Below, in pieces: positions 10,110-19,419 of a stretch of DNA of 64,000 nucleotides. Location of the stretch: NCBI GenBank assembly GCA_965214935.1, contig CBDCCS010000001.1:106190-170189 (forward strand), given 5' to 3'. This DNA is from Candidatus Velthaea sp. (GTDB lineage: Bacteria; Vulcanimicrobiota; Vulcanimicrobiia; Vulcanimicrobiales; Vulcanimicrobiaceae). The notes under the pieces were generated by a model that saw only the letters and a program-made list of their open reading frames with translations, did no database searches and was not told the origin of the DNA. Every line of letters begins with the position of its first letter. Within the stretch, counting starts at the first letter, position 1. Position numbers and translations under genes: made by a program.

Positions 10110-11309
10110 TTGATGATTCGCGCCGAACCGTTCAGCGCTGAGACGATCCGCAGTGCAAAATCGGCTTTAGGCTGGGTCGACACCGCCGCGCGCACGCAGC
10201 GATCGCAACGGCACTTACATTCCGAATTCGCCCGGCACGAATCGTTTACGGTCAGCGGCTGGGTCGTCTGCGGTTCTCCCCACCATCTGCTCGACGAATT
10301 ATATTTCGTCATCGATGAGGAGCACGTGATCTCACCGTCATATGGAAAACGCCGTGACGACGTAGCAAAAGATCTCGCCGATGATAGCGTTCGCAATTGC
10401 GGCTTCAGCGGTGCAATCGAGGGTCACGATTTTAGCGACGGCATCCATACGTTGAACATCGTGGGCGTGTCGGACGGTGAGTTGTACCGCCTCAGCGGCA
10501 TTATCACATTTTCCGTGCTCGGGACGCCCGAACCGGCGTTTGCCGCAGAGACCGTTGCTCGTTCGGGCGGCCGAATCCGTATCCTGCGCGACACGTTCGG
10601 CATCGCTCGACATGACGGACGATCGCCCAGCGCGATCCGTCCGGGAGCCTCGCTCGTCATCGAGGGTTGGATCGCGTTGACCGAACCGCTGCAGATCCCA
10701 GAGCGGCTGCGCATACTGCTCGTGCGTGCGAACGGCGTGTTCGCCGTCGAGGTCCAACAACGCCCCGAGCCTGAAGCCGGCGCGGCCTTCGGGACGCTTG
10801 TTGAAGGTTGCGGCTATTCGGCGTATATCGATTGCACGCCGCTCGAACCGGGCGCGTATGAGATCGGATTCGAGCTTTACTCCGCCGGCACGTGGTCGTC
10901 GGTGCGCAGCGGGCGCTGGATCGAGCTAATGGCTTACACGGATGCTTGGCTACCGCGTGCGCTACCGGTTTTCGCCGACATGCTCGACGCACAATATTTT
11001 GCGCCGGTCCCGGCGTTAGCCACGCAGGGCGATGAGTTCATCGTTGCCGGAAACGTCGCGAGCGAACGGCCGATCGCGGCCGCTTTTGTCCGGTTCAATC
11101 ACGAACACACCGTCACTTTAACGCTGACGGAGCTTGCACCGGAGGCAGCGCGTCCTCACCAACCTCACGCCTATGAGTTCGCCGGCCTGTTGCAACCGAT
11201 GCTCGTCCCGGCCGTTCACTCATACGAACTTCTACTGTTGGCTCAAGATAGAACGGGCTCATGGTGCGCCGACCGCCGCAGTCTGACGATCGCTGCGCCC
11301 GTTCTATGA
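10110..11309 (+). CDS. Hypothetical protein with three Ig-like repeats
   Basis: Repeats 'V.GW...R.DVA...CGF.G.I....G.H', 'IEGW...CGY..YID...L.PG.Y' and a weaker third; ATG at 10113; ATGA-coupled to the next gene. Confidence 0.65.
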   Translation: MMIRAEPFSAETIRSAKSALGWVDTAARTQRSQRHLHSEFARHESFTVSGWVVCGSPHHLLDELYFVIDEEHVISPSYGKRRDDVAKDLADDSVRNCGFSGAIEGHDFSDGIHTLNIVGVSDGELYRLSGIITFSVLGTPEPAFAAETVARSGGRIRILRDTFGIARHDGRSPSAIRPGASLVIEGWIALTEPLQIPERLRILLVRANGVFAVEVQQRPEPEAGAAFGTLVEGCGYSAYIDCTPLEPGAYEIGFELYSAGTWSSVRSGRWIELMAYTDAWLPRALPVFADMLDAQYFAPVPALATQGDEFIVAGNVASERPIAAAFVRFNHEHTVTLTLTELAPEAARPHQPHAYEFAGLLQPMLVPAVHSYELLLLAQDRTGSWCADRRSLTIAAPVL

Positions 11310-12445
11310 TCTCTAAGGGCGGACGATCGGCCGAGCCGGCAGCCGAAGTCTACGACGCCGAATATTTCCGGCACAATTGCGGAGCGATACCCTACGAACG
11401 CAGTCCGCACTGGCTGACGTTTTTCGAGCGTGTTGCCGACGAAATCATCCGTCTCTTTCGGCCGGCCACGGTCTTAGACGCAGGCTGCGCGTTGGGGCTG
11501 CTGGTCGAAGCGCTGTGGGACCGCGGTGTCCGCGCAGAAGGCATCGATATCTCGCGCTTTGCTCTTGCGAACGTCCGGCCGGATATTGTGCCGCACTGCC
11601 GCTGGGGCAATCTTGCCGAACCGATCGGCGGCACATTCGACGTCGTTACCTGCATCGAAGTACTCGAACATTTGGACGCTCCGGACGCATGGTCCGCGGT
11701 CGCCAACCTCTGCGCGGCCGGTAATGCCGTCCTGTTCTCATCGACGCCGGCGGACTTCGCCGAAGCGACCCATGTCAACGTGTGCCCGCCGCTCGTTTGG
11801 CTCGAAGCGTTCGCCGCGCACGGCTTCGGACCGGACCTGGGCGTCGATGCGTCGTTCCTGACACCGCACGCCTTCGTTGTCCGCAGGGGCCATCCGACCG
11901 ATCGGGCTACGCTCCAAACCGCCGCCCTGCTTTCACGTTATCGCACGCTGGCCGGCGAGCGGCTGGAGGCGATCGCAGCTGAACGACATCAGACCCATCT
12001 CGTTACGCTCGAACTTGCCGACGTGCAGGCGCGGCTCGAAGCCGAACGTGCACGCTCACATGTCGAGGAGTCGACGCGCGAAGCACAACACGTTGCGGCG
12101 CTGGCGGAAATTGAAGCTGCCAAGACGGAGCTTGCGCGTCTAACGGAGCGCGAAGCGGCTGCCACGCAGAGTCTCAAATTCGCGCACGAAACGATCGCGC
12201 GGTTAAATAAACGGCTCGCGAATCCCGGGCCGGCCGGTTCCGCGCAGAACGCCGGACCGAAACCACCCGACTCGGTGGCCGCGACGCAGTTGCAATTACT
12301 AGAAACGCTGCGTCTCCTACAAGCAGCAAATCAGCCACGACCACGGCGAACGTACGGCCGGCAATCAGCACGAGGTATTGCTAGCATCTCATCGATATTC
12401 GACCGTCTACTGGGCGCCGTTGCCGGCGGCAAGAAGCTTCCTTAG
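11306..12445 (+). CDS. Class I SAM-dependent methyltransferase with C-terminal coiled coil
   Basis: VLDAGCALG, GIDIS, FDVVTCIEVLEH, then an Ala/Glu/Leu-rich helix; ATG at 11306 in an ATGA overlap. Confidence 0.85.
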   Translation: MISKGGRSAEPAAEVYDAEYFRHNCGAIPYERSPHWLTFFERVADEIIRLFRPATVLDAGCALGLLVEALWDRGVRAEGIDISRFALANVRPDIVPHCRWGNLAEPIGGTFDVVTCIEVLEHLDAPDAWSAVANLCAAGNAVLFSSTPADFAEATHVNVCPPLVWLEAFAAHGFGPDLGVDASFLTPHAFVVRRGHPTDRATLQTAALLSRYRTLAGERLEAIAAERHQTHLVTLELADVQARLEAERARSHVEESTREAQHVAALAEIEAAKTELARLTEREAAATQSLKFAHETIARLNKRLANPGPAGSAQNAGPKPPDSVAATQLQLLETLRLLQAANQPRPRRTYGRQSARGIASISSIFDRLLGAVAGGKKLP

Positions 12446-14514
12446 TCGGCCAGCCGGTACGCGAAGCTTTCGGTTACGCGCGTGTAATGCGGATTGTAAA
12501 ACGGGTCGTTCTCGACGATTGTCGACCAGCGCTCGAGGAACAGCGCGCGCTCTTTTTTCGCTAGCTCGACTCGGGCCGGCGTAATGTCGTAACCGCGCGA
12601 ACGCGACTCGAAATGATACAGCTTGGCGTGCGGAACGTAGACGTTATAGCGTCCCAAGGCCAGCAACTTGAGACAAAGGTCGACGTCGTTGAACGCAACG
12701 GCAAGCCGTTCATCGAAGCCGCCGACTCGCTCGAAATCAGAACGTTTGAGCATAAGGCAAGCCCCCGTAACTGCGGCATAATTCGTCGTCGTCAGCAGCA
12801 TGTTGTAGTGGCCGGCTGCGCCGGCCGGTACGTGCCGATGACTATGCCCTGCGACGCCTCCAATGCCGAGCACCACACCGCCGTGCTGAACCGTGTCATC
12901 TTCGTACAGCAAAAGCGCACCGGCGGCACCGATCGAGGGCCGTTGCGCCTGCTCGATCAAGGCCTCCAGCCACTCGGGCTCGATGACCGCCGTATCGTTA
13001 TTGAGAAAGAGTAAGAGTTCGCCGTCGGTGCGGCTAACGGCATGGTTATTGAGCCGCGGATAGTTGAACGGAATATCTAACGGCTCGACGGCAAATCGCT
13101 TCGGTTCGCGCCGCTTATATTCGGCAAACAAAGCAAAGGTCGCACGTTCGCGACTGCCGTTATCGACGATGGTCACACGATAGTTATCGTATGTCGTGCG
13201 TTCGAATATCGATTCGAGGCATCCGCGAAGCAAATCGACACCGTCACGCGTCGGTATGATGATCTCAACTTTGGGATTGCCGCGAATCTCGTAACGCACG
13301 TGGTATATTCCGGCCGGAAAATCCGGCACCGGCAGGACCGTTCCCGGTTCGTCGCGCCGAACGAGCGCAGCTTGCAGAGCCCGTTGCGCCGCGGTATACG
13401 CATACGGCTTGGCGGCCGTTCCGCTCGCCGCCGAGCCGCCATGAATGCGCCATGAATACAACACTTTAGGAATGTGCCGAATGACATGGGCTCGCTCGCT
13501 CACGCGGAGCGCCAGATCCCAATCTTGACTGCCGTCGTAATCCGGGCGGAAACCACCGACGTCCATCACGAGCGAGCGCCGGTAAATTCCCAGGTGACAC
13601 GAATACATCTTCGACAGCATCGTGTCGGGCGACCAGTCGGGCTTAAAAAACGGCGCGCTGCGAACGCCGAAAGTATCGATCTTGTCTTCATCGCTATATA
13701 ACATGTCGGCAGCCGGATGACGGTTGATTTCGAGGGCCACATCGAAGAGCGCACTCGGGACGATCTCATCGTCGTGATCTAGTAAGACGATATATTCGCC
13801 CGACGCAAGTTCTAACGCCGAGTTACTCGCCCGCGATATATGACCGTTCTCCGTCCGCTCGACGACTTTGATTCGCGGATCCAAATAGGTGTATTCGCGC
13901 AAAATCTCGCGTACGGCCGAATCGGTGCTGGCATCATCGGCAATGCAAAGCTCCCAATCCGCGTAGACTTGGCCGCGCACGGAGTCGATGGCATCGCGTA
14001 GAAATTCGTGCGGCGTGTTATAGGTCGGCATGATGATACTAAAGGTCGGTCGCAGCGCAAGTATGGGGATGATCTCGCGCATTCGTTCGAGATCGGCCTG
14101 GCGCGCATCATGCAGGCGGCGCCAAACGGCATAAGCCGAATCATCGGACCGCTGAAGCTCGGCAACCGACGGCAGCGGAAAGTCGGCGATCACGCCGGTG
14201 CCGACGCCGATTTTTTTCTTTAAGGCAAACCAACGATTGCGCAAGCGCCAAAACTTACTGGACTGCAGGATTTCGATTCGGTCGCGCATGCCGACGAGCA
14301 ACGGCCGGAGCGACTGTAATCGCGCCTCGGTATTTGAGATCGCAAGATCCGCTCGGCGGCGGGAGCGGTCGAGTTCACGGTACGTCGATTCGGCGACGAG
14401 AGCCGCATAAGCACCGGTTACTCGTCGTTCGATGGCATGCTCGATCGAACGAGCGGAATGCACGGGCTCCGACACTCCACCCCCGGCATGTCCGTTTGAA
14501 ATCTCAGCGTCCAT
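12442..14514 (-). CDS. Tandem GT2 glycosyltransferase with N-terminal coiled coil
   Basis: FSIIMPTYN, WELCIADDAS, LLDHDD, YSDEDKID, IIIPTRD, FLNNDT, AVTGACLM, NDVDLCLK. Confidence 0.9.
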   Translation of the reverse strand: MDAEISNGHAGGGVSEPVHSARSIEHAIERRVTGAYAALVAESTYRELDRSRRRADLAISNTEARLQSLRPLLVGMRDRIEILQSSKFWRLRNRWFALKKKIGVGTGVIADFPLPSVAELQRSDDSAYAVWRRLHDARQADLERMREIIPILALRPTFSIIMPTYNTPHEFLRDAIDSVRGQVYADWELCIADDASTDSAVREILREYTYLDPRIKVVERTENGHISRASNSALELASGEYIVLLDHDDEIVPSALFDVALEINRHPAADMLYSDEDKIDTFGVRSAPFFKPDWSPDTMLSKMYSCHLGIYRRSLVMDVGGFRPDYDGSQDWDLALRVSERAHVIRHIPKVLYSWRIHGGSAASGTAAKPYAYTAAQRALQAALVRRDEPGTVLPVPDFPAGIYHVRYEIRGNPKVEIIIPTRDGVDLLRGCLESIFERTTYDNYRVTIVDNGSRERATFALFAEYKRREPKRFAVEPLDIPFNYPRLNNHAVSRTDGELLLFLNNDTAVIEPEWLEALIEQAQRPSIGAAGALLLYEDDTVQHGGVVLGIGGVAGHSHRHVPAGAAGHYNMLLTTTNYAAVTGACLMLKRSDFERVGGFDERLAVAFNDVDLCLKLLALGRYNVYVPHAKLYHFESRSRGYDITPARVELAKKERALFLERWSTIVENDPFYNPHYTRVTESFAYRLAD

Positions 14515-14523
14515 TGCGAACCG

Positions 14524-15282
14524 CTACGCGGGCGCTAACATCTGACCGTGTACGGCAGCCAGATACGACCCCACGACGTGGTTCGGTTCGCCCGCTAACA
14601 CGATGCGACCGGCGTCCATCCAAATAGCATTGTTGCACTGCGTGCGAATGAACTCCAAATCGTGCGAAACAACGATGATCGTCGAGTTTGCATCCCAAAA
14701 ATCACGCACGCGCGCCGAACACTTGTCACGAAAGCGTTCGTCGCCTACGGCCAGGACTTCGTCGAGTATCAAAATATCGGGCCGTGTATCGGTCGCGATT
14801 GCGAAGCCCAACCGGGCGTTCATTCCGGACGACAGCGTCTTGAGCGGCTCGTGCGCGTGATCGTGCAACTCTGAGAAATCGAGGATAGCATTGACGCGCG
14901 CCTCAATCGCCGAACGCGCATAGCCCAGCAAGATTCCGTAATACACGATGTTTGCCAAGACGCTGATTTCGCCGTCGAAACCGGCACCGAGCTCGATGAG
15001 CGGCGATATCGTACCATCGACATGCACCAATCCGGCACTCGGACGAAGGATACCGCAGATTACCTTGAGCAGCGTCGACTTGCCTGAACCGTTGGCCCCG
15101 ATGATTCCAAGCTTTTCGCCCGCACCGACATTCAACGTAACCTTATCGAGTACGAGCCGCCGGCGCGGTTTGCGGTGCTTGCGTTCGAGCATTTGCAACA
15201 CGATGCGCTTGAGGTCGTACGAGTATTCTTCTTGCGTTCGGCGCAGCAGTGAGACCGAATCTAGGACGACCTTCGTGCTCAC
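14524..15282 (-). CDS. wzt: Polysaccharide ABC exporter ATP-binding subunit
   Basis: GANGSGKST, LIELGAGF, LSSGM.ARL.FA, ILILDEVLAVGD..F. Confidence 0.92.
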   Translation of the reverse strand: MSTKVVLDSVSLLRRTQEEYSYDLKRIVLQMLERKHRKPRRRLVLDKVTLNVGAGEKLGIIGANGSGKSTLLKVICGILRPSAGLVHVDGTISPLIELGAGFDGEISVLANIVYYGILLGYARSAIEARVNAILDFSELHDHAHEPLKTLSSGMNARLGFAIATDTRPDILILDEVLAVGDERFRDKCSARVRDFWDANSTIIVVSHDLEFIRTQCNNAIWMDAGRIVLAGEPNHVVGSYLAAVHGQMLAPA

Positions 15283-16112
15283 AGCAGATCCATGAACTCT
15301 TTTTTCATCGATGAGAAAACGGCTACGCCGACGGCCAGCGAAACGAACCCGCTTACGAGCGAAACGGCCATCAAGTGAAGATGCGGCAATCTTCCGGAGA
15401 TCGCGATATCGCGAACGCTCGAAACCATCGCCGCCAGCGGATTGAACTCGACGAAGCGCCGCACTTGAGCCGGCACGACTTCAATCGGGTAAAAGATCGG
15501 GCTCGTAAGAAAAAGGACAAAAATGAAGAGTTCGTACAGATACTGCAGATCGCGAAAAAACACGTAAAGCGCGCTAATGATGAGCGCAAAGCCAAGCGCC
15601 AACATCGTTAGGCCGGCCATCGGCGCAACGAGCGCGACGACGTTGAGCAAGCTATGCGATGTAATCAACGTGACGATGGCAAGAAAAGGCAGTATGCCGA
15701 TCAAGAGTTGGAACGCGTTCGCAAAAACGATCGAGACCGGAAACACACTCACCGGCAGTCGCAGTTTATTGAGCAGCGCGCCGTTAGCGACGATACTCGA
15801 TAAAGCCTGACCGGTCGCCTGAGAAAAAAAATTCAATAGCGCAAGACCGCAAAAACAAGAAACGGCGTAGGTGAGAAGTGAGTGGTCGTAATAGGCGGCG
15901 AAGGCGGAGCCGAAGATCGCCGAGTACACACCGGTCATGATGATCGGATTCGAGAGCGACCAGTAGATGCCGAGTACCGAGCCGCGATACCGCGTTGCAA
16001 GATTGCGCGAAGCCAGAGCTTGAACGATTTCCGCGTAGCGGCCGGCCTGAACTCCCCCGGCGATGTTTTGAAAAACGTGCGGCCACTGACGGCTGCGAAT
16101 TGTGCGCTCCAT
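15279..16112 (-). CDS. wzm: Polysaccharide ABC exporter permease
   Basis: RYRGSVLGIYW...NP, SPIFYP, NPL, C-terminal F.DLL. Confidence 0.92.
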   Translation of the reverse strand: MERTIRSRQWPHVFQNIAGGVQAGRYAEIVQALASRNLATRYRGSVLGIYWSLSNPIIMTGVYSAIFGSAFAAYYDHSLLTYAVSCFCGLALLNFFSQATGQALSSIVANGALLNKLRLPVSVFPVSIVFANAFQLLIGILPFLAIVTLITSHSLLNVVALVAPMAGLTMLALGFALIISALYVFFRDLQYLYELFIFVLFLTSPIFYPIEVVPAQVRRFVEFNPLAAMVSSVRDIAISGRLPHLHLMAVSLVSGFVSLAVGVAVFSSMKKEFMDLL

Positions 16113-16166
16113 GAACGAACAGTGGGGTTACACACGGGAGAAAGCGTCTCCCCCGGAGAGCCGGGT

Positions 16167-17474
16167 TCAGCCGCTGCTGCCGTGCACCGCGGCACCGTCA
16201 AGCGAATGCCGAACGGGCGCTCGATTGGGCAGCAGCGTCGTGAGGAACGCTAAGCCGTGTCCGAGGCATAAGATAACTAAAATTTGCGACACCGATTGAT
16301 GCCAGATGCTGACTGCGACGATCTCGGCGATCGCAATCGTCAACAGCGGACCGACGAAATCAAAGCGGTGCAAGCCGATATTATACATCGCCGCGACATT
16401 CGCCAGCGCTAAGACGCCCAGAGCAATCATATAGGGCAGTACGAACGGCTGCGCATCGCCGAATGCATGCCCGGCAAGCACGATCACCACGGCGCGCGGA
16501 GCGATCGCCGTCACCGCTACTCCGACGGCGACGATCGCGCCGGCCGTTCCCAGCGATGCGAACAGCAGCACGCGGGAATCGCGGCCGTTTCTGCGGCGGG
16601 CCGAAGCCTTCGGCAGTACGATCGTCGGAATAAAATTGATAACCGTATACATTGCGCGAGCGACGAGGGCGGCTGCGCCGTATAAGCCTGCGGTGAGCGC
16701 CGAAAAGTAATGCCGCACGAGGATCACGTCATAAAACAACAAGGCATTGACGGCAAGGACCGCAAGCGCTACACCGGTCGACGTGAGGGCGATTCGCCGG
16801 CCGTCGAGCGCTAGGCGGTCGGCGACCGGTCCAAGGCGGCGTAACGTCAAGGCGTTGTAACCCCACGTACAAAGCAAACTCAATGCCAGGCCGGCTAACG
16901 CGCCGTTGACTCCGAACCGGTAGGCCAACAGCGATCCTGCGGCCACTTTGGTCGTTGCTTCGATGACGTTCGATAGCGAAAAAGCTGCGAACCGCTCGAT
17001 GCCTTGAAAGATGCCGCGCTGAACCGGAATCGCCAATGAAAACGCCAGCGCCGCGCCCGTGATGAGCACCGGGAGTACCGTCCCTAGACGTAGATACGAT
17101 GCGATTGCACTCGCAGTGAGCAGGACGATGATAAATGCGATCGTGCCGACAAGTGCCGTAACGACGTTGACCAGATCACCGAGGCGTCGCAACTTGCCGA
17201 GGTCGTTCGTCGAACGCAGATCTGCGGCGAGCCGTGCGACAATCGTACCGGCAACGGTCGCCGGTCCGATTGCAGCGAGCAAAACGGCGGAGAATAACGA
17301 AGTGAGGACACCGTACTGCTCGACACCGACGAGCCGGCTGACGATTGAGTAAAATGCAAACTGCAACACGTTGGCGGCCATGAGTCCGGCAAAAACCAGC
17401 AACCCATGACGTACGAAATCGCTGTCCGCGACGCGCATTGCACGCGAACGCAACGCGATCAACGCACGCTCCAA
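16167..17474 (-). CDS. Wzx-like oligosaccharide flippase (MOP family)
   Basis: About 12 TM segments; 'R.VG...YG' N-terminal motif, D.ILV, AGLY.AA, LPKAS. Confidence 0.75.
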   Translation of the reverse strand: MERALIALRSRAMRVADSDFVRHGLLVFAGLMAANVLQFAFYSIVSRLVGVEQYGVLTSLFSAVLLAAIGPATVAGTIVARLAADLRSTNDLGKLRRLGDLVNVVTALVGTIAFIIVLLTASAIASYLRLGTVLPVLITGAALAFSLAIPVQRGIFQGIERFAAFSLSNVIEATTKVAAGSLLAYRFGVNGALAGLALSLLCTWGYNALTLRRLGPVADRLALDGRRIALTSTGVALAVLAVNALLFYDVILVRHYFSALTAGLYGAAALVARAMYTVINFIPTIVLPKASARRRNGRDSRVLLFASLGTAGAIVAVGVAVTAIAPRAVVIVLAGHAFGDAQPFVLPYMIALGVLALANVAAMYNIGLHRFDFVGPLLTIAIAEIVAVSIWHQSVSQILVILCLGHGLAFLTTLLPNRAPVRHSLDGAAVHGSSG

Positions 17475-17607
17475 GCGGCTGCGGCGCCGACGACTTTCGC
17501 CCGGTGCATCAACATTCCGAACTCTTCCGCGTCGCGTTTCTCATCCTTGTCGGTGCGCCGAAGTCGTGCCGGTCCCGGCGGCGTCGGTTGCATTGCGATC
17601 GACCGGC

Positions 17608-19419
17608 TTAGGGCGCGATCGTCGCGTCTTCGCGAACGAGCGTGAGCCATGGATTGTAGTATGGATCGGGGGTGCCGGCGATGTTCCAACGTCTGCGCAT
17701 GCGCGCAACCTCTTCTTCGTTGCGAGCGTGACGCTGTGCATCGCCGTTCAGGCCGCGCGAAATCGATTCATGATGGATGAGCCGCACGTGCGGCAGGTAG
17801 ACGGCGCGATAACCCAGCGACCGTAAGCGCAGGCACAGATCGACGTCGTTCCAAGCGACCGGCAGAGTCTCGTCGAACCCGCCGGCCGATTCGAACGTCC
17901 GACGCCGGATCATCAAACAGGCCGCGGTGATTGCGGAGTAATTCGTAACGGTCTGCACGGCATCGTAATAGCCGCCGGCGGTCCCCGGCAAGCGCTTGAA
18001 GATGTGTCCGGCAAGGCCGCCGATTCCGGTTACGACGCCCGCATGCTGGATGCGGCCGTCCGGATACAGCAGCAGCGCTCCGACCGCGCCCACGCCGTCG
18101 CGTTGCGCGTACTCGAGCAACGCCTCGATCCAATCCGGCGACACGATCTCGGTATCGTTATTGAGGAAGATAACGTACGGCGATTCGCACGTGCGAACGG
18201 CCGCGTTGTTCAAGGCTGAAAAGTTAAACGGCCGGTCGTCGTGCATGACCCCAAAGCGCGCCGGCTCTTTTGCGGTCCACGCCGCAATGAGGCTGTGCGT
18301 CGCGGCTTCAATGCTGCCGTTGTCGACGAGCAAAACATTGAAGCAGCCGTAGGTCGAACGCGAGAAGATCGACTCGAGGCACCGGCTTACAATGTCGGCT
18401 TTGTCGCGCGTTGGAATGATGACCGTAACTGCCGCGTCGTTCGATCGCTCGAAGCGTACTTCATACCGGCCGGCCGATCCATCGACGGCCCGGACCGTAC
18501 CGGGCTCTCCCCTCCGTTCGAGCGTCTCGCGAAGCGCCCGGATCGCGGCGTCGCGAGCATACGGCTTCGCGTCCGGCTTCGCCGCCGCCGAGCCCGGATG
18601 CGCTCGCCAGTGATACAGAACGTCGGGCACATGAACGATTCGCGCAGTGATTTCGCTGACCCGTAATACGAGGTCGTAATCTTGACTGCCGTCAAAGTCG
18701 CTACGCATGCGACCCGCCGCTTCGACTAGCGAACGGCGTATGGCCAAAAAGTGCCCGATATACATCTTTCCGAGCAGCGTTTCGGGCGACCAGTCCGGTT
18801 TAAAGTACGGATCGAACCGGTGCTCCCGGTCGTCGTCGATTTTATCTTCGTCGGAATACATGAGACCGACGAACGGGTCGGCCGCGGCAACGACGGCAAA
18901 TCGATACAGCGCGTGCGGCGCGAGTATGTCGTCGTGGTCGAGAAAGGCAACAAAATCACCGTCCGCAAGGCTAAGCGCCGCATTGGTGGCGGCGGCGATG
19001 CCGCCGCGCTTGGCTTGCCGAACCACGCGAATGCGCGGGTCGCCGGCAGCTTCATCCAAGCATGCGACGACGGCTGCATCTTGCGACGCGTCGTCCGCGA
19101 TGCAAAGTTGCCAATGCGGATAGACTTGTGCGCGCACCGAGGCGATTGCCTCGCGTAAAAATGCGGTCGGCGGATCGCAAACCGGCAGGCAAATTGAAAA
19201 TACCGGCGTCTCGCGCAATAATGCAACGATCCGTTGCATTTCGAGCAGCTCGTGCGGGCGGGGCGACTTGAGCGCAATCCAGACGTCGTACGGATCGGGC
19301 GGCGGTATCGACATGAGTTCGAGGAGCCGCCCGATCCCCGCACGCCGCATACCGGCTCCAATTTTCTGCAAGAAACGCCGGGCGATGTAGCGCGGCCGCA
19401 GCAGCGTGCGCACTTTCAT
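17608..19419 (-). CDS. Tandem GT2 glycosyltransferase
   Basis: WQLCIADDAS, FLDHDD, YSDEDKID, VIIPTRD, FLNNDTE, NDVDLCLR; ATG at 19419 in an ATGA overlap. Confidence 0.9.
   Translation of the reverse strand: MKVRTLLRPRYIARRFLQKIGAGMRRAGIGRLLELMSIPPPDPYDVWIALKSPRPHELLEMQRIVALLRETPVFSICLPVCDPPTAFLREAIASVRAQVYPHWQLCIADDASQDAAVVACLDEAAGDPRIRVVRQAKRGGIAAATNAALSLADGDFVAFLDHDDILAPHALYRFAVVAAADPFVGLMYSDEDKIDDDREHRFDPYFKPDWSPETLLGKMYIGHFLAIRRSLVEAAGRMRSDFDGSQDYDLVLRVSEITARIVHVPDVLYHWRAHPGSAAAKPDAKPYARDAAIRALRETLERRGEPGTVRAVDGSAGRYEVRFERSNDAAVTVIIPTRDKADIVSRCLESIFSRSTYGCFNVLLVDNGSIEAATHSLIAAWTAKEPARFGVMHDDRPFNFSALNNAAVRTCESPYVIFLNNDTEIVSPDWIEALLEYAQRDGVGAVGALLLYPDGRIQHAGVVTGIGGLAGHIFKRLPGTAGGYYDAVQTVTNYSAITAACLMIRRRTFESAGGFDETLPVAWNDVDLCLRLRSLGYRAVYLPHVRLIHHESISRGLNGDAQRHARNEEEVARMRRRWNIAGTPDPYYNPWLTLVREDATIAP

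Noticed and set aside
17459..17593. 44-aa minus-strand ORF between the GT2 and the flippase
   Set aside because: No motif or clear RBS; cannot be distinguished from chance
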